Assembly: GCA_964016885.1 (NCBI GenBank)
Contig: OZ024741.1
Span: forward strand, 311,612,001 to 311,676,000
Direction of reading: 5' to 3'
Source of the DNA: Eledone cirrhosa
Taxonomy: Eukaryota
Length of the DNA stretch: 64,000 nt
The notes beneath the pieces are model-generated. The model worked only from the letters and a program-made list of their open reading frames with translations, searched no databases and was not told where the DNA came from. Shown here piece after piece: positions 63,651 through 64,000 of the stretch. The translations under genes and the position numbers were made by a program. Numbering within the stretch: the stretch's first letter is position 1; each line of letters opens with the position of its first letter.

Positions 63651-64000
63651 AGTGTTTGAGAAGGACTCTGCCCCTACGTCCCTCTCAGAAATAAGTGGGC
63701 CAAGAAGGAGATATTGTCGATTTACTTTTCAATTTACATATATATATTTGCATATGATACCAATATGCTCACTACATATGCTAGCAGAAAAGCTCCCTCG
63801 GTCGGTTTTTCTGCTAGTAATAATAATAATGCTAATACTAATGGGTTTTGGTGTATTTACGTTTGTGTCTGTGTGCGTTATATACGTGTTTATGCGTATA
63901 TACCTATATAGGTTTATATAATTATATGTATACGCACACATATAATTCTATATGTGTATTTGGTGTATACGTTCGTATGTGTGCAGGTACATGTGTCGCG

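Overview
Repeat-saturated, AT-rich eukaryotic DNA with no recognisable host gene. The microsatellite load and the tRNA-type SINE suggest a cephalopod/Octopus-like genome (inference). It contains decayed non-LTR retrotransposons (R4/Dong, a cluster of Tx1/L1-type elements, RTE, CRE), several Penelope-like elements (PLEs) with GIY-YIG domains, and internally deleted Helitrons. The main signal is RNA-level. An 8.1-kb array of apparently identical 424-bp units (13.3 units on the minus strand, then 5.8 inverted units on the plus strand) carries one complete type I hammerhead ribozyme (HHR) per unit, in a highly structured monomer: a retrozyme-like element. It sits in a (TA)n tract in one arm of an older fold-back element whose other arm preserves the empty site, and its junctions fit twin-primed reverse transcription. 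About 20 more HHR motifs (intact, mutated or half) of several families occur across the window, mostly in PLE pseudo-LTRs, often next to (TA)n and in fold-back palindromes. All structures were read by eye. Boundaries are approximate and nothing was run through folding or database tools.
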